Origin: Phaeosaccion multiseriatum
Lineage: Eukaryota > Protista > Ochrophyta, other classes
Assembly: GCA_965112735.1 (NCBI GenBank)
Contig: OZ218961.1
Span: forward strand, 2,294,001-2,358,000
Reading direction: 5' to 3'
DNA length: 64,000 nucleotides
Shown: positions 1-16,396 of the stretch, piece after piece
Position numbering within the stretch: the stretch's first letter is position 1
Layout of the letters: each line of letters opens with the position of its first letter
Program-made: the position numbers and the translations under genes
Notes under the pieces: generated by a model
Database searches by the model: none
What the model saw: only the letters and a program-made list of their open reading frames with translations
What the model was told of the DNA's origin: nothing

Positions 1-279
1 TGTGTGTGTGTTGTGTGTGTTTGTGTGTGTTTGTGTGTGTGTGTGTATGTGTGTGTGTGGTTGTATGTGTGTGTGGTTGTATGTGTGTGTGTGCGTGTGT
101 GTGTATGTGTGTGTGTGTGTGTGATGTGTGGGGCGGAGAGGCGTTTTTGGGAAGGCGAAGGAAGGGAGCTCATATGTCAAGGAAGGCATATGGGCACGGG
201 GACGGTCAGAATATCCCTCTCTCTCCCTGTCACTCTCTCTAGCTACCTCTACTTCCTCCCTCTCTGTCTCTATCCATAC

Positions 280-2570
<2,291 letters not shown>

Positions 2571-2815
2571 CGGAGCTGTATCACAGCAGAGATCACAGCA
2601 GAGGGAGGAGGAAGCTCCCTGTTGTGAATGCCCCCCACGATGAAGTAGTTGAACAACGCCTAAGCGAGGCCCCGAGTCCGATCAACCAGGGGGGCTGACG
2701 AGGATCCCCTACAGCCACCCACCTCTCTCCCTCTTGCATTGTGTGTGGGTGGGGAGTGAGGTGAGGTGCAAGGGTCTCGGCCCACCTAGGTACTCCTCTC
2801 CCTCTTCCGTCGGGA

Positions 2816-3393
2816 ATGGATCACACGGACTGCGCGCTGGAGCAGGCGCAGGAGATCGAGGCTCTACAGTGCATCTACCCCAACGAGTTCGAAGTGAGGT
2901 GAGTAGCGAACCAGAGAGAGAGAGACAGAGGTGGGGGAGGGGGGGGGAGAGGGAGGGAGGGAGAGAGAGGGGGGGAGGGAGAGGGAGGGAGCGAGAGGGA
3001 GGGAAGTGGAAGAGAGGGAGGGAGGGAGGGAGGGAGGGAGAGGGAGCGGGAGAGAGGGAGAGAGAGAGGGTACAAGAGGGACTGTTTCTGAGCATTAACC
3101 TCCCTCCCTTCGCTCCCTCCCCATCCACTGCCATCCTCCCACTTCCGTAAACAGAGCCGACGGCGCTTGGGGACAGAAGGTGGTCGCGATGCGAGTGCGG
3201 CCCATGTCGGTGCTCGAGGAGGAACGCTATGCAGAGGTATATAGTTCACGGGTATGGGCTATGTAGAGGTATACGGATGTAAGCCTTTCCTTCATTCCCA
3301 TCCTCCTTCCTCCCTACTTACCTTCCTATCTACGTACCTTCCAACGCATCCCCCCTACGTATCTATATACACCCCCCATGCATACATACTTAC

Positions 3394-3424
<31 letters not shown>

Positions 3425-4231
3425 CATACATACATGCAACCATACATACATACACACATACATACATACATACATACACACATACATATATACATACATA
3501 CCTTGCGAACTGAACAACGCGTTTCACACGACATCTTCGTCGTGACGTTTGCTTTACGGCTACGGTGCCCCCCCCCGCCCCATCCACTGCCATCCCCCTC
3601 TAACGTACCCCCCCCCCCTATCCTATCCTCAGGTGGTGGTGGTGGTGACTCTGGGCAAGCTATACCCCACAGTGCCCCCTCTTGTACGCCTTGAGGAGCC
3701 CCTCAACCTTACAGACAAGGAGGTCAAAAGCTTGCAGGAGGCTCTCACCAAGCAGGCAGAGAAGGTGGGGAAGTTGGTGATACAGAGGGAGGGAGGGAGG
3801 GGGGGAGGGAGGTTGGCAGGAAGGAGGAAAGGGAGGAGGGAAGGAAGTCAGTCACTCAAGAAGACAGACAGGCAGTGAGTGAGTGAGTTACTGAGTCAGT
3901 CTGTCAGTCAGTCAGGTAATGGATACGGTGTGTCTGTCAACCCCTCTACATCCCCTTTTCCTTCCCACTCCAACAGGTTGGCGACGTGATGGTGTTCGAA
4001 TTGATTACAACTGCTGAGGATTTCGTTACACAACACAACAGACCGCCCCGCAGCCTGTGGGAGCAGATGAAGGTGAGCAGCAGAGGCCAGCTGGAGGCCT
4101 ACGGGTAGAGAAGGGGGGGGGTGGAGGGAAGGGAGAGAGGGGTAAGATGGGGAGCGTGTGTGTGCGTGTGTGAGAAAGAAAGAGAGAGAGAAGGAGAGAG
4201 AGAGAGAGCGAGAGAGGGAGAGAGAGAGAGA

Positions 4232-4272
<41 letters not shown>

Positions 4273-6173
4273 GGAGAGAGAGAGAGAGAGAGAGAGAGAC
4301 TGCATGAGCAGAGGCAGAAGAACGCCCACCGTTTCGGCTACGGTGCTCTCATTTTTTTACTACGACACATACACGTCTGAATCCCTCCCCTTATTCCTCT
4401 AAACTGCTCCTCTCCCCTCTCCGCCTCTCATTGTCCATACGACTCTTACTCCCATTTCTACTCCCTGTACTCTCTGTATGCCTCTAGCACGACGAGTGGG
4501 AGCGGACAGAGCAGCAGAGGGAGGAGGATAGGAAGGAGGAGCAGGCGTATGGGCAGGAAGAGGAGCGGAGACAGCGAGCGCAGGAGGTGTGTGCGTGTAT
4601 CTGTGCGTGTGTGTGCGTGGGTGGGTGGGTGCGTGCTATCCTGGCGGAAGGTATATGGGCATGCGGACAACTGGTGAGGCCTTCCGTCCTTCCTTCGCTA
4701 CTTCCTTCCTTCCTTCCCTCCCTCCCTCCCTCGCTCCTTCCCTCCTTCCTTTCTTCCTTTCTTCCTTCCTTCCTTCCTTTCTGTACCCCACCCGCTCACG
4801 TCGGTCCCTCCCCATCCACTGCCATCCATCGCAGGAGGCGGCTGCAAAGCTGAACGAGGAGATCCAGATGGCAGTGGATGGACAGGTGGCCCTGACCCAA
4901 GCAGCCATCGGCCAGGCCAACGCTGCTGCCGTTCCCGTGGGGGCTTTTCCCGGGGGGCTGGGAGGTATCCCGGGGGGGCTGGGAAGGGATGCGTCACGAG
5001 CCAACCCTTATGCTGAGGAGGGCGATGACTCCGACAGCTCGGGTGCGTGGGTGTGTGGGTGCGTGGGTGCGTGTGTGGGTGCGTGTGTGTGTGCGTGCGT
5101 GTGCGTGTGTGTGTGTGTATGGTGTGTACGTGTGTGTGTCTGTGCGTTCGTCAACACATCAAAGTCCTTCTCTCTCTCTACTCTCTCTCTGTATCACTCA
5201 TGCTCTCCCTCTCTCTCGCGCTCTTTTGGCTCTCTCCCTCTCTCTCACTTCCCCTCTCTCCCTCTCCCTCTCTCTCCCTCTGTACCTCTCTCCTTTTCAC
5301 CTTCTCTCTCCCCCCTCCTCCCCCTACTTTCCCTCTCCCACTCTCCCCTCCTCTCCATCACCTCTCTCTCCTCTCCCTCCCTACGTAACCTTAGGTAACC
5401 GATCGCTCGACAGTTACCTTGACAGTTACATGGAGAGCAGCAGGGCCCCCTCCAACTCCATCTACCGCATGCAGTTCAAAGAGCTCGCCCCTCTGGGCAA
5501 GGGAGGCTTTGGAACCGTCATGAAGGTGTGATGGGGAGGGGATGGCAGTGGATGGGGAGGGGATGGTAGGGGATGGCAGTGGATGGCAGTGGATGGGAGG
5601 CTCCTAACCTTTGCTACCTGACCCTAAGTGTCGCGTGCCTCTCTACTCTGTATCACCAACTGCTATACTCTCTCCTCCTCTCCTGTCCCCTCCCTTTCCC
5701 TTTTCTCCTATCCTCTCTTCTCTTCTCCTCTCCTCTCCTCTCTTCTCCTCTCCTCTCCTCTCCTCTCCTCTCCTCTCCTCTCCTCTCCTCTCCTCTCCTC
5801 TCTTCTCCTCTCCTCTCCTCTCCTCTCCTCTCCTCTCCTCTCCTCCCCACTCCTCTCCCCTCCCCCCCCCCCCGAGCAAACCGTAACCAACCCTACCCAA
5901 ACCCCCTACCCCGTATAACCAGGTTAAGAACCGCGTGGACAAGGGGGTATACGCTGTGAAGAAGGTCCCCTTGGACCCGCTGGACAGGGCGGGCAACAAA
6001 AAGATCCACAGGTATGAATGTATGACCAACTGCTACTCATATGGCTCCTCCTACTCCTGCTGCTGCTGCTGCTGCTGCTACCCAAATGATTGCTCCTACT
6101 CATTTTGCTCCTCCTACTGCTGCTGCTGCTGGTGGTGGTGCTACCCATATGATTGCTGCTACTCATATGGCTC

Positions 6174-6211
<38 letters not shown>

Positions 6212-6215
6212 ACTG

Positions 6216-6250
<35 letters not shown>

Positions 6251-7886
6251 CATGTGCCTGCCCCTGCCCATATGCCTGCCCCTTGCCCGTTACACTTGTT
6301 TACTTCAGGGAAGTGCACACTCTCCGGAGCATGATTCACAAGAACATCGTCAGGTGGGGGGACTGTAGAGGCAGGGATGGCAGTGGATGGGCGTGAGTGA
6401 AGTAGGTGGCAGTGGATGGTAGTAGATGATAGTGGGTGGGTGTATTATGTATGGCAGTGGATGGCATGATCCACAAGAACAGGTGGGGTAGCGTAGGGGG
6501 CTGGGATGGCAGTGGATGGCTGTGGATGGCAGGGGGGGGGAGGGTTTGGATGGGTTCGTTCCTTCCTCCCCTCCTTCCTTCCTTCCTTCCTTCCTTCCTT
6601 CCTTCCTTCCGTTCTTCCTTCCGTTCTTCCTCCCTCTCTCTCTTTCGCACTGTCCCTTGACACTTGCTCTTCCATCCTCCCTCCCTTCCTCTCTCTAGGT
6701 ACTACACGGCCTGGGAGGGAGACGAAGCCCCAGAGGAGGAGGGCAGCACCCAGGGGGGTAGCAGCAGCGAAGAGGGGGGAGATTTTGCTGACGAAGTGCT
6801 CGTCCCGGCCGTACCGCCCCGAGGTGAGAAGCGATGGCAGTGGATAGGGGGGAGGAGGTTGTCTATGTCTACTCTGTCCCTATACCCCACCCCTCCTGAG
6901 TCTTGAGACGCTGCTCCATTGACGTTAGCACAGAGGCTTCGATATCGATATCGACCTCCAATTTCTGGTGTTCGATATTTATGGATACGTAAGGGCACAT
7001 GGAACTGAAAACTGAAAACTATCCCTACACCCATACATAAACCCCCATCGCCCACATGTACTCCCCTACACCCCACACCCCCCAACGGTCCTGCTCCATA
7101 CCATCATGCCCCAGTCCTATGCAATACCCCTTGTCCCTGCCCTATGCAATACTCCTGCCCCAGTCCTATGCAATACTCCTGCCCCTGCCCTATGCAATAC
7201 TCCTGCCCCAGTCCTATGCAATACTCACTGCCCCTGTCCTGTGCGTGTGACTGGGTGCCCCTGCCCTATGCAATACCCACTGCCCCTGCCCTATGCAATG
7301 CTCAGGGAGGGAGGGGAGCGGCGAGAACGATGAAGATGAAGATGATGATGACGCCCTCTGGGGCTCCTTGGAAGAGTACAAGGGGGGGCATATGTCAGTG
7401 GACAGTAGGTCAGTAGACAGCGGCAGTGAGTCAATGGGCAGCAAGCGCAGCAAGGCCTTACGTAAGGCCAGTGGCAAGGGCCCTGGCAAGAGTAGTAAAG
7501 GGGTTGGTAGTACAGGCATTGGCAGTACGGTCAACGTCGTCGCCAACGGTCGGAGCACCACCGCAGAGGACCACCCAGCGCCCCCACCACCACCAATACC
7601 CGGGGGTGGAGGCGAGAGAGGAGTGGGGTCCCAGCCTCGAGCCATCCCCATCCCCCGGCCCGGTCGAGTAAGTGAGGGCATGAGTGGTGGAGTGCTCTTC
7701 ATAAACAGTGAGGATGAGAGAGAGGACAGCGGTAGCGGCGGTGAGGACGAGAGGCAGGGACGCGCACTCGAAGACGCACACGCACGCACACGCGCACGCA
7801 CAGGTGCTGACGACGACAACGTAGACAACCACCTTGGGGGGGACATTGAAGAGCAATGGCAGCACAGCAGCAGCAGTAGTAGTGAG

Positions 7887-7927
<41 letters not shown>

Positions 7928-8846
7928 TAGTGGGAGCAGCAGTGAGGGAGAGAGCAATGCTGAGGCTGCTTGCCTCGGGGGGGGGTTGGCAGCGCTTAAG
8001 ATTGGGCCTCGACCTTCGATGGTGGCTGAAGAGGCGGATGGCAGTGGATGGGATGGTGCATCAGGACCCGGGGGGGGAGGGGAGAAAGAGAAGAAGAGGA
8101 ATAAGAAGAAGAGTGAGGAAACTGGCGAAAAGGGCAAGAGCAAGGGAGAGGAGGAGGACGAGTACGAGAAGAGGAACAAGAAGAAGAAGAAGAAGAAGAA
8201 GGAGAAGAGGAAGAGGAACAAACCGAAGAAGAGGCAGAGGAGAATGAATTATAGAACATCCTGGACTGGCAGGGACCGCGGCGGTGGGGATGGCAGTGGA
8301 CGAGACAGCGACAAGGACAGCAGCAGAAGCAGCAGCAGAAGCAGCAGCAGGAGCGGGGAGGCAGCGTCCGATTGGAGCTGGGGAGATGACGACGACGGAG
8401 ATGGGGAGCGGGAGAGCCCGGCGGATGGCAGTGGATGGGGCGGGGCACCAGGCGGGATGGCAGTGGATGGGGCACCCACTCTGCTCAAGAGGGGCTCCTC
8501 CCTCACGGGGAAGGTGCTCTCAGACGCGGAGTTTTATGGGGTGCGTGCGTGCATGAAAGGGGGATTTGGCTTGAGTTCGTTGTCGATAGATGGGTTGATT
8601 GATTGGTGGATTGATTGGTTGATGGACTATTGACAGATTGATTGGTTGATTGGTTGGTTGGTTGATTGATGCCGCCCCTCCTCCCCCCCCTCCTCCCTCC
8701 TCTTCCTCCCTCCTCCCTCTCCCCTGCATACACCTAACGCATTGCCCCCTGCCGTCTGTCCTCTGCAGGGAGAAGTGGGGACATCGCCTCCATTGGGGGA
8801 GCACATCGTCTTCAGCTACAGGTGGGTCAGTATGTCAGTCAGTGGA

Positions 8847-8880
<34 letters not shown>

Positions 8881-11800
8881 AGTCAGTCAGTCAGTCAGTC
8901 AGTCAGTCAGTGGCTGGTGTCAGTCAGTCAGTCAGTCAGTCAGTTAAGCGGTCAGTCAGTGCCTGGTGTCTGCCCGCTAGTCGGTGGGCCTGCTGGGCTC
9001 TGGGCTCTGTCTGCCTCTCCAGCCATTTGTGAACTTGGTCTTTCCCTTTCCTGCTGTTCTTGACTTATGCATCACTCTCTGTTGCTGTCCCTCCCACTTG
9101 TTCTTGCTCGGTCTGGGAACTCTTCTTGCTCGGTCTGGGAACAGCTCCGCCGACCAATTCACAGGGCATTTCGAAGGAGGAGAGATACAGCAGCAGCAGC
9201 AGCAGCAGCAGCTGCAGCTGCAGCAGCAGCAGGTGGGCAGCATACAGCTCGGTAGCAAGAAGAGGAGCGGATTTGGGGTCGGGTTTGGTAGCCCCGAGGG
9301 GGGGGACAGGGAGTTGGGCGGCGGGGGGGTGCCCAAACAGGGGAAGAAGGGGGGCGCGCCAAAGGGTCCGCAGCGATTTCTGTACATACAAATGGTAAGG
9401 AATCTCTCCCCCTCTTTGCCTTTGTCTCTCTGTCTTTCCGTCTTTCCCCCTCTCTATCCTTCTCTTTCCCTTTCTCTCTCTTCCACTCTCTTTCACTCCC
9501 TCTCTTTCTGTCTCTGTCTCTCTCTCTCTCTCCCCTCTCCCCCTCCCCCCCTCTGTCTCCCCCCGTGTCTCCCAAACTTGCTCTTCACCCACACTGCCTC
9601 TCTGTCTCTCTGCTTACTTGCCCTTACGTAAGACTCACCTTGCCATCATTCCTATCATTACATCCACACCCCAATACATCAATCAATGCAATGTACAACC
9701 AACACGTGCACCTGAATGCCACATGTGCCACCTGTGACTATCCCAGGAGTACTGCGAACACACACTTCGGGAGCTCATTGACGGGGGTGGATTGGCATCA
9801 CAACCCAGCGAGGCATGGAGGATCTTCAGACAGGTCAGATGGATGGCAATAGATGGCGATGGATGGTAGTTGATGGTAGTTGATGGGGAGGATCTTCAGT
9901 CAGGTCAGATCAGATGGGATGGGATGGCAGGGGATGGCAGTGGATGGCAGTGGATGTGGGGGATCCTCAGACACGTTAGATCGGATGCCAGGGGATGGCA
10001 GTGGATGACAGTGGATCGAATGTGAATGATGGTTGCGAAGGATCCCCCCCCCCCCCCTCCACCCAATCACCCCCGCTTCCACTGACTTACTCATCACGGA
10101 CTTGTCATCACTGACGGTTACTGGCGACTCACAGATCTTGGAGGGTGTGCACTTCATCCACAACAAGGGCATTATACACAGGGATCTCAAGCCGCCCAGT
10201 AAGTCAATGAAGCAGGGACCGGGGGGGGGGCAGTAAGTCACTAAATAAGTCACTGAAGCAGGGGAGCGTGCGGAGAGCTCGAAGGCGGGGCGAGAGAGAG
10301 GCGTGTCAGACCGTTTCAGTTCAGGCCCAGCGAAGGCAGGCATGTGGAGGTATTCCACGCCCCCATGCACTGCCATCTTTTGATCCTACCCACCCGCATC
10401 CACTGCCATCCCCTCCCCGTAGACATCTTCATTGACAGTGAGGGCAACGCCAAGCTTGGAGACTTCGGTCTCGCGACTGCCAAGGAGAAGGCGAAGGAGC
10501 GCTTCAGCAGCGACCTTAATGACTTACTGACAGAAGGGGAGGAGGTGAGTGAGTACCGAGGTCACCAGAGTGACTTACTGACTTACTGCTACCGGCGGAA
10601 GTGGGGGAGGTGAGGGGCGTATGTGTGTGGACTATCACTGACTTATTAACGCCCAGGTTTGTGACTCATAACGCCCGAGGCGGGGGGAAGGGAGGGGAGA
10701 GGTGCACGTAGCCACGTCAAGTGTCAGTAGGCGTGACGCCAGGCACCGACAAGCCCCCCCGCCTCCTCAACCTCCTCCTCCTCCTCCTCCTCCTTCTCCT
10801 CCTCCTCCTTCTCCTCCTCCTCCTCCTCGTCCTCCTCCTCCTCCTCCTCCTCCTCCTCCTCCTCCTCCTTCTCCTCCTCCTCCTCCTCCTCCTCCTCCTC
10901 CTCCTCCTCGTCCTCCTCCTCCTCCTCGTCCTCCTCCTCCTCCTCGTCCTCCTCCTCCTCCTCCTCCTCCTCCTCCTTCTCCTCCTCCTTCTTCTCCTCC
11001 TCCTCCTCCTCCTCCTCCTCCTCCTCCTCCTCCTCCTCCTCCCCCTCCTCCTCCTCCCCCTCCTCCTCCTCCCCCTCCTCCTCCCCCTCCTCCTCCCCCT
11101 CCTCCTCTTCCTCATCCCCCCCCTCCTCCTCCTCCTCCTCCTCCTCCTCCTCCACCTCCTCCTCCTCCTCCTCCTCCACCTCCTCCTCCTCCTCCCATCG
11201 ACTTTACCACTGACTGCTTGCAGGGTGTTGGCGACGGCGCCAGCGACTTTGGCCCGGATGCCCATCGCGTGAACTCCTTACAGGCCACAGGCACCGGTAG
11301 AGCCTCCGCCGCCCTCTCGTCAGACACAAGCAGGAGCAGGGTAAGTGTTGCGTACGTACGTCCTTGCTCCCGTTGGCTCGCCTTTTGTTGCCTTTCGTTA
11401 GGGCCTTCACCTGAGCCTTCTGATCCCCTATCTGTTGTGCTCATTGGCTCGTCTTGCTTACTCTTGGTGCTCTGACGCCCTGGTGGTTTCACCCCTTTCT
11501 CTTGTTGCCTTTTTGGCCCATGGTGGTTGCCCTTGATGGTCGCCCTTGGTGTTCTCACTCACTCACTCGCTCACTCACTCGCTTAATCACTCACGTACAC
11601 ACACTCTTCCCTCACTCACTCACTCTCACTCACCCACACACTCACTCACTCACTCACGCACACACTCACTCACACACTCACTCACTCACACACTCACTCA
11701 CTGACTCACTCACTCACTCACTCACTCATTTACACTCACTTACTCTCACTCACTCACTCACTGACTCACTCACTAACTTACTCTCACTCACTCAATCGCT

Positions 11801-14800
11801 GACCCACTCACCCACTCACTCGCTCACCCACTCACTCACTTACTCTCACTCACTCACTCACTCACTCACTCACTCACTCACTCACTCACTCACTCACATA
11901 CTCTCACTCGCTCAATCACTGACCCACTCACTCACCAACTCTCACTCACTCACTCACTCACTCACTCACTCACTCACTCCCTCACTTACTCTCACTCATT
12001 CACTCACTCACTTACTCTCACTCACTCACTCACTCACTTACTCTCACTCACTCAATCGCTGACCCACTGACTCACTCACTCACTCAATCACTGACCCACT
12101 GGCCCACTCACTCACTCACACCCTCACTCACGCCCTCACTCACCCACTGACTGACTAGGGGGGCCATCACTTGATGGGGCTGAGTGAGACTGAGGAGGGT
12201 CTCACTATGACGGACGGGGTAGGCACAGGGCCTTACGTGGCACCGGAGCAGGAGGCAAAGGGGGGGGGCAAGTACGACCACAAAGCAGACAGTAAGTCAG
12301 TGGGTGAGGGGCAGGACAGGAGTGTGTGTTGTGTGCGTATGTGTGTGTGGGTGTGTATGCGTGTTTGTGTGCGTGTGTGTATTCTGTGTGGGCCTGTGTG
12401 TGTTGCGTAAGCATTACGTAAGCCGTCAGCCACCTCACTATCCCCCCCCCCCCCCCCCACTCCACTCCAGCCCAGTCCTGACACTAACGATGCGATGTTT
12501 GTAAGCTTACGCCATCTCGTGTAAACGTCTTATGTAATGTCTTATGTATGTTGTGTTGTATCAAACAGTGTACTCTTTGGGTGTGATTCTGTTCGAGATG
12601 TTCAATGCGCAGTTCGCAACGGGTATGGAGCGCATGGCCGTGCTGCACTGGCTAAGGGGCAGGTCAGTACTGAGTACTGAGTGCTCAACGTGCCCATATG
12701 CCTGCCCATATGCCTGCCCATATACCCACACATAACATGCCTGCCCATATGCCTGCCCCTCTGCACCGGCTAATGGGCAGGTCAGTACTGAGTGCTCAGC
12801 ATGCCCATATGCCTGCCCATATGCCTGCCTGCCCGTGTGTCTGTACACGATCCCGTCCATATAACTGCCAGGAGGGACTTCTCAAAGGAGCTTGCACGCA
12901 TAGCGGAGAGCTTCATGGAGGGGTACAGGGGGAGGGTGGAGGAGCAGGTCAGTGAGGGGTGTCAGGACGGAGAGGATACGATATATGGTGTCAGGACTGA
13001 GGGGTACAGGGGGAGGGTGGAGGAGCAGGTCAGTGAGGGGTGTCAGGACAGGGAGGATACGATATATGGTGTCAGGACAGAGGGGTACAGGGGGAGGGTG
13101 GAGGAGCAGGTCAGTGAAGGGTGTCAGGACGGAGGATGGTACGGATTAAGGTATCAGGACAGAGGGGATACGGTATATGGTGTCAGGACTGAGGGGATAC
13201 GGTATATGGTGTCAGGACTGAGGGGATACGGTAAGCCTTTAATCCATTAATCCGGGACCCTTCCCCTCTCCATGCTCTTTCTCCCTCCTCCCTTCCTCCT
13301 CCGTCTGCTTCCCTTGAACCGTTCCCCATATGCCTACCGTATGCCTACCGTATGCCTACCGTATGCCTACCGTATGCCTACCGTATGCCTACCGTATGCC
13401 CGCCATGTCCCATATGCCCATGTACCTCTCTCTGTGGTGATCAGGCCCAGAAAGTAATATCGTGGCTGCTGAGTGCCGATCCATCTGCCCGCCCCACAGC
13501 CACGCAGCTTCTCAACAGCCCCCTACTGCCACACAAAATCGAGGTAAGAGCAGGCTGTGGTGTCAGTCAGTCGGTCAGTCAGTCAGAACCTGGTGTCAGT
13601 CAGTCAGTACCTGGGTGTCAGTCAGTACCTGGTGTCAGTCAGTCAAAGCCTGGTGTGAGTCAGTGACTGGTGTCAGTCAATCAGTGAGGCAGTGCCTGGT
13701 GTCAGTCAGTCAGTGCCTGGTATCAGTCAGTCAATCCGTACATTCTGTGCTATGCATCTACATCACCAAGTGCTGTATCATCAACTGCTAAATCACCAAC
13801 TGCTGCTGATGGATCACTAACTGCTGCTGCTGCTGTATCACCACCTGCTGTACGACTCTATGACTCACAGGTGGAGGCCCGGTACCTGGACGATGCTTTG
13901 AGCATCCTCAACAACCCCACGGGTTCTTCATTCGGGCACGTCGTCGCCAAGCTCTTCCAGAGAGACACCGCCGATGTGAGTTTCAACTCGCTGTCCACCC
14001 TTCCTTCCCGTGTAGAGGAGTTAGCTGCTTGTGTTGCCTATATGTGTGCAGTATCGTGCCTACCCGCCCACGCACAAGCACACTCCCACTACGCCCATAT
14101 GCCTCTGTATCCCCCATATGCCTGTGTAGCCCCTTATCTCTATCCCTACCCATATGCCTGTGTGTCCCCTTATATCCCTACCCATATGCCTGCGTATCCC
14201 CTTATCTCTATCCCCACCCATATGCCTGTATATCCCCTTATCTCTATCCCTACCCATATGCCCTGCCCCCTATATGATACCCCTGTGCCTCTATCCTCCG
14301 TCAGCTGGTGGACCACACCTTCGATCTTGAGGCCCTGAAGCAGCTGGCAGACCGCCTGCTGCCCCCGGGGAGGGAAGGGGCCAAGACCAGCAATCCCCCA
14401 GGGGGGGACAGTAGGAGCGGCGCACCCCCCGGGGCCCTCCTTCCTGCGGCAGGGGGAGGGCTCGGCAGTTCAGACCGACACTACCCCGGGGTGGGGCTCA
14501 CCACCATCGTCGCCAGCATCTGTGAACAGGTGATTGGTGATTCATCTCTGTCGTACCGTACACAGTGTCTCTGTCTCTGCTTTCCCCCATCGCGAGCTCT
14601 CCCTCTCCCCTTCACTCCATCCTCGTTCTCACCCTGTCTCTCCCTCTCTCTCACTCTCTTTCTCTCTGTCTCCCTCTCTCTCTCTCTCCCTCGCTCTCCC
14701 TCTCTCTCTCCCCCCCCCCCCTCTCTCTCTTCCTCTCTCTCTCTCCCTCTCTCTCTGTCTCTCCCTCTCTCTCTCTTCCTCTCTCTCTCTCTCTCTCTCT

Positions 14801-16169
14801 CTGTATGGCCTTCCCCTGCCTTGTTGTCTACTACACATTCAGATGCGGCACATTTTCTCTCTTCACGGGGCTGTGGAGGCCTCTCCCCCTCAGCTTAGGC
14901 CCAGACCCCGGGGGAGGGCAGCAGGTCAGTGTCAAGTGCCAGTGAGTTAGTGCTTGGTTCCCCTGAACTGTAACTGTCCCCTCAAACTGAAACTGTCACC
15001 TGAAACTGTCGCCGTAGGGGCTGCTCCGGCGGAGGATCATGCCTCCTCGTCACACGGCAGGGGCGAGGATGGCAGTGGAGGGGCAGGAGATGTAAGGGGT
15101 GCGGTGTCGCTCATGGACAGCCAGGTGAGAGGGAGACGGAGGAGGAGGGGAAGGGAGGTGGGAAGAGGAGAGGAGAGGTGAGATGGTGAGGAGAGAGGAG
15201 ATTGAGGTGCACATGGAGAGGAGAGGCGATGAGGGATGAGGAGAGGGGGGGGAGGGAGAGGGTGAGGGGGAAGAGAGAGAGAAGGGGAGAGGGTGAGGGG
15301 GGAGAGAGAGAAGGGGAGGGGGTGGAGGGCGAGGGAAAGAAAGACACGGAGGGGGGGTGGGTAGGGTGAAAGGCCCGTCACAGTCACCGCTGCAGCGCTC
15401 AAGGAAGGGCCCACGCCCTCAAACTCAAATCGACTCTCTCTCTCCCTCTCTCTCTCTTTCTCTTTCTCTTCTCTCTCTCTCTATCTCTGTCTCTCTCTCC
15501 CTCTCTCTCTCTGTGCGCTTTGTTCTCGACCATTGTCTCCACTCTCTCCCTCCATCTCATCTTTTTATGCTTCCCTTTCCGTCCTTCTCCCCTCTCTCCC
15601 CCTGCTTGCGTTGCCTGCGCTCCCTTGGGTGGTGCTCCTCTCTTCTCTGTGCGCTTCTGCCCTCCCTCCCCCTTCCCCGTCCTTCTCCCTGCATCCACTG
15701 CCATCTACCCTGTCCTGCCCCTCGCCTGCCCCACTATGTCATCAAAAGGGCGTCCTTCTGTCCCTCCCCACAGACCTCACGAGTCCCTTTGCGCGTTTCC
15801 TTGCCCACTCGAGGCTGGCGAGAGTGCGGCGCTATCAGTTTGGAAGGGTGTTTCGACACCCGCACCATACGCATCACCACCTTATGCAGACCGGTGAGAG
15901 GGGGAGGGGAGGGAGGGAGGGAGGAAAGGAGGGAGGGAGAGAGGGCGGGAGGGAGAGGGAGGTAGGGGGAGGGAGAAGAAGGAAGGAAGAAAGGAAGAAA
16001 GAAAGGAAGGAAGAAAGGAAGGAAGGAAGTAAGGAAGGAAGGGGGAGTGAGGGAGGGAAAGCTGTGGGTGTGGGTGGGGGAGAGGTCAGGACGTCAATGC
16101 CATTTTATAGTGGAACCCGTAGTCATCTCTGCCTGTATGGCCGTCTGTCTGTCTTTCTATCTGTTTGTA

Positions 16170-16254
<85 letters not shown>

Positions 16255-16259
16255 TTACA

Positions 16260-16306
<47 letters not shown>

Positions 16307-16362
16307 TTATATCTGTCTCTCTGTCTGTATATCCGGCTGTCTGTCTGTCTGTCTGTCTGCCT

Positions 16363-16396
<34 letters not shown>

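Noticed and set aside
15825-15860. GCN2 HisRS m2 motif reads RVFR rather than yeast-type VYR
   Set aside because: F-R at this position is also the mammalian state, so it is not unusual.
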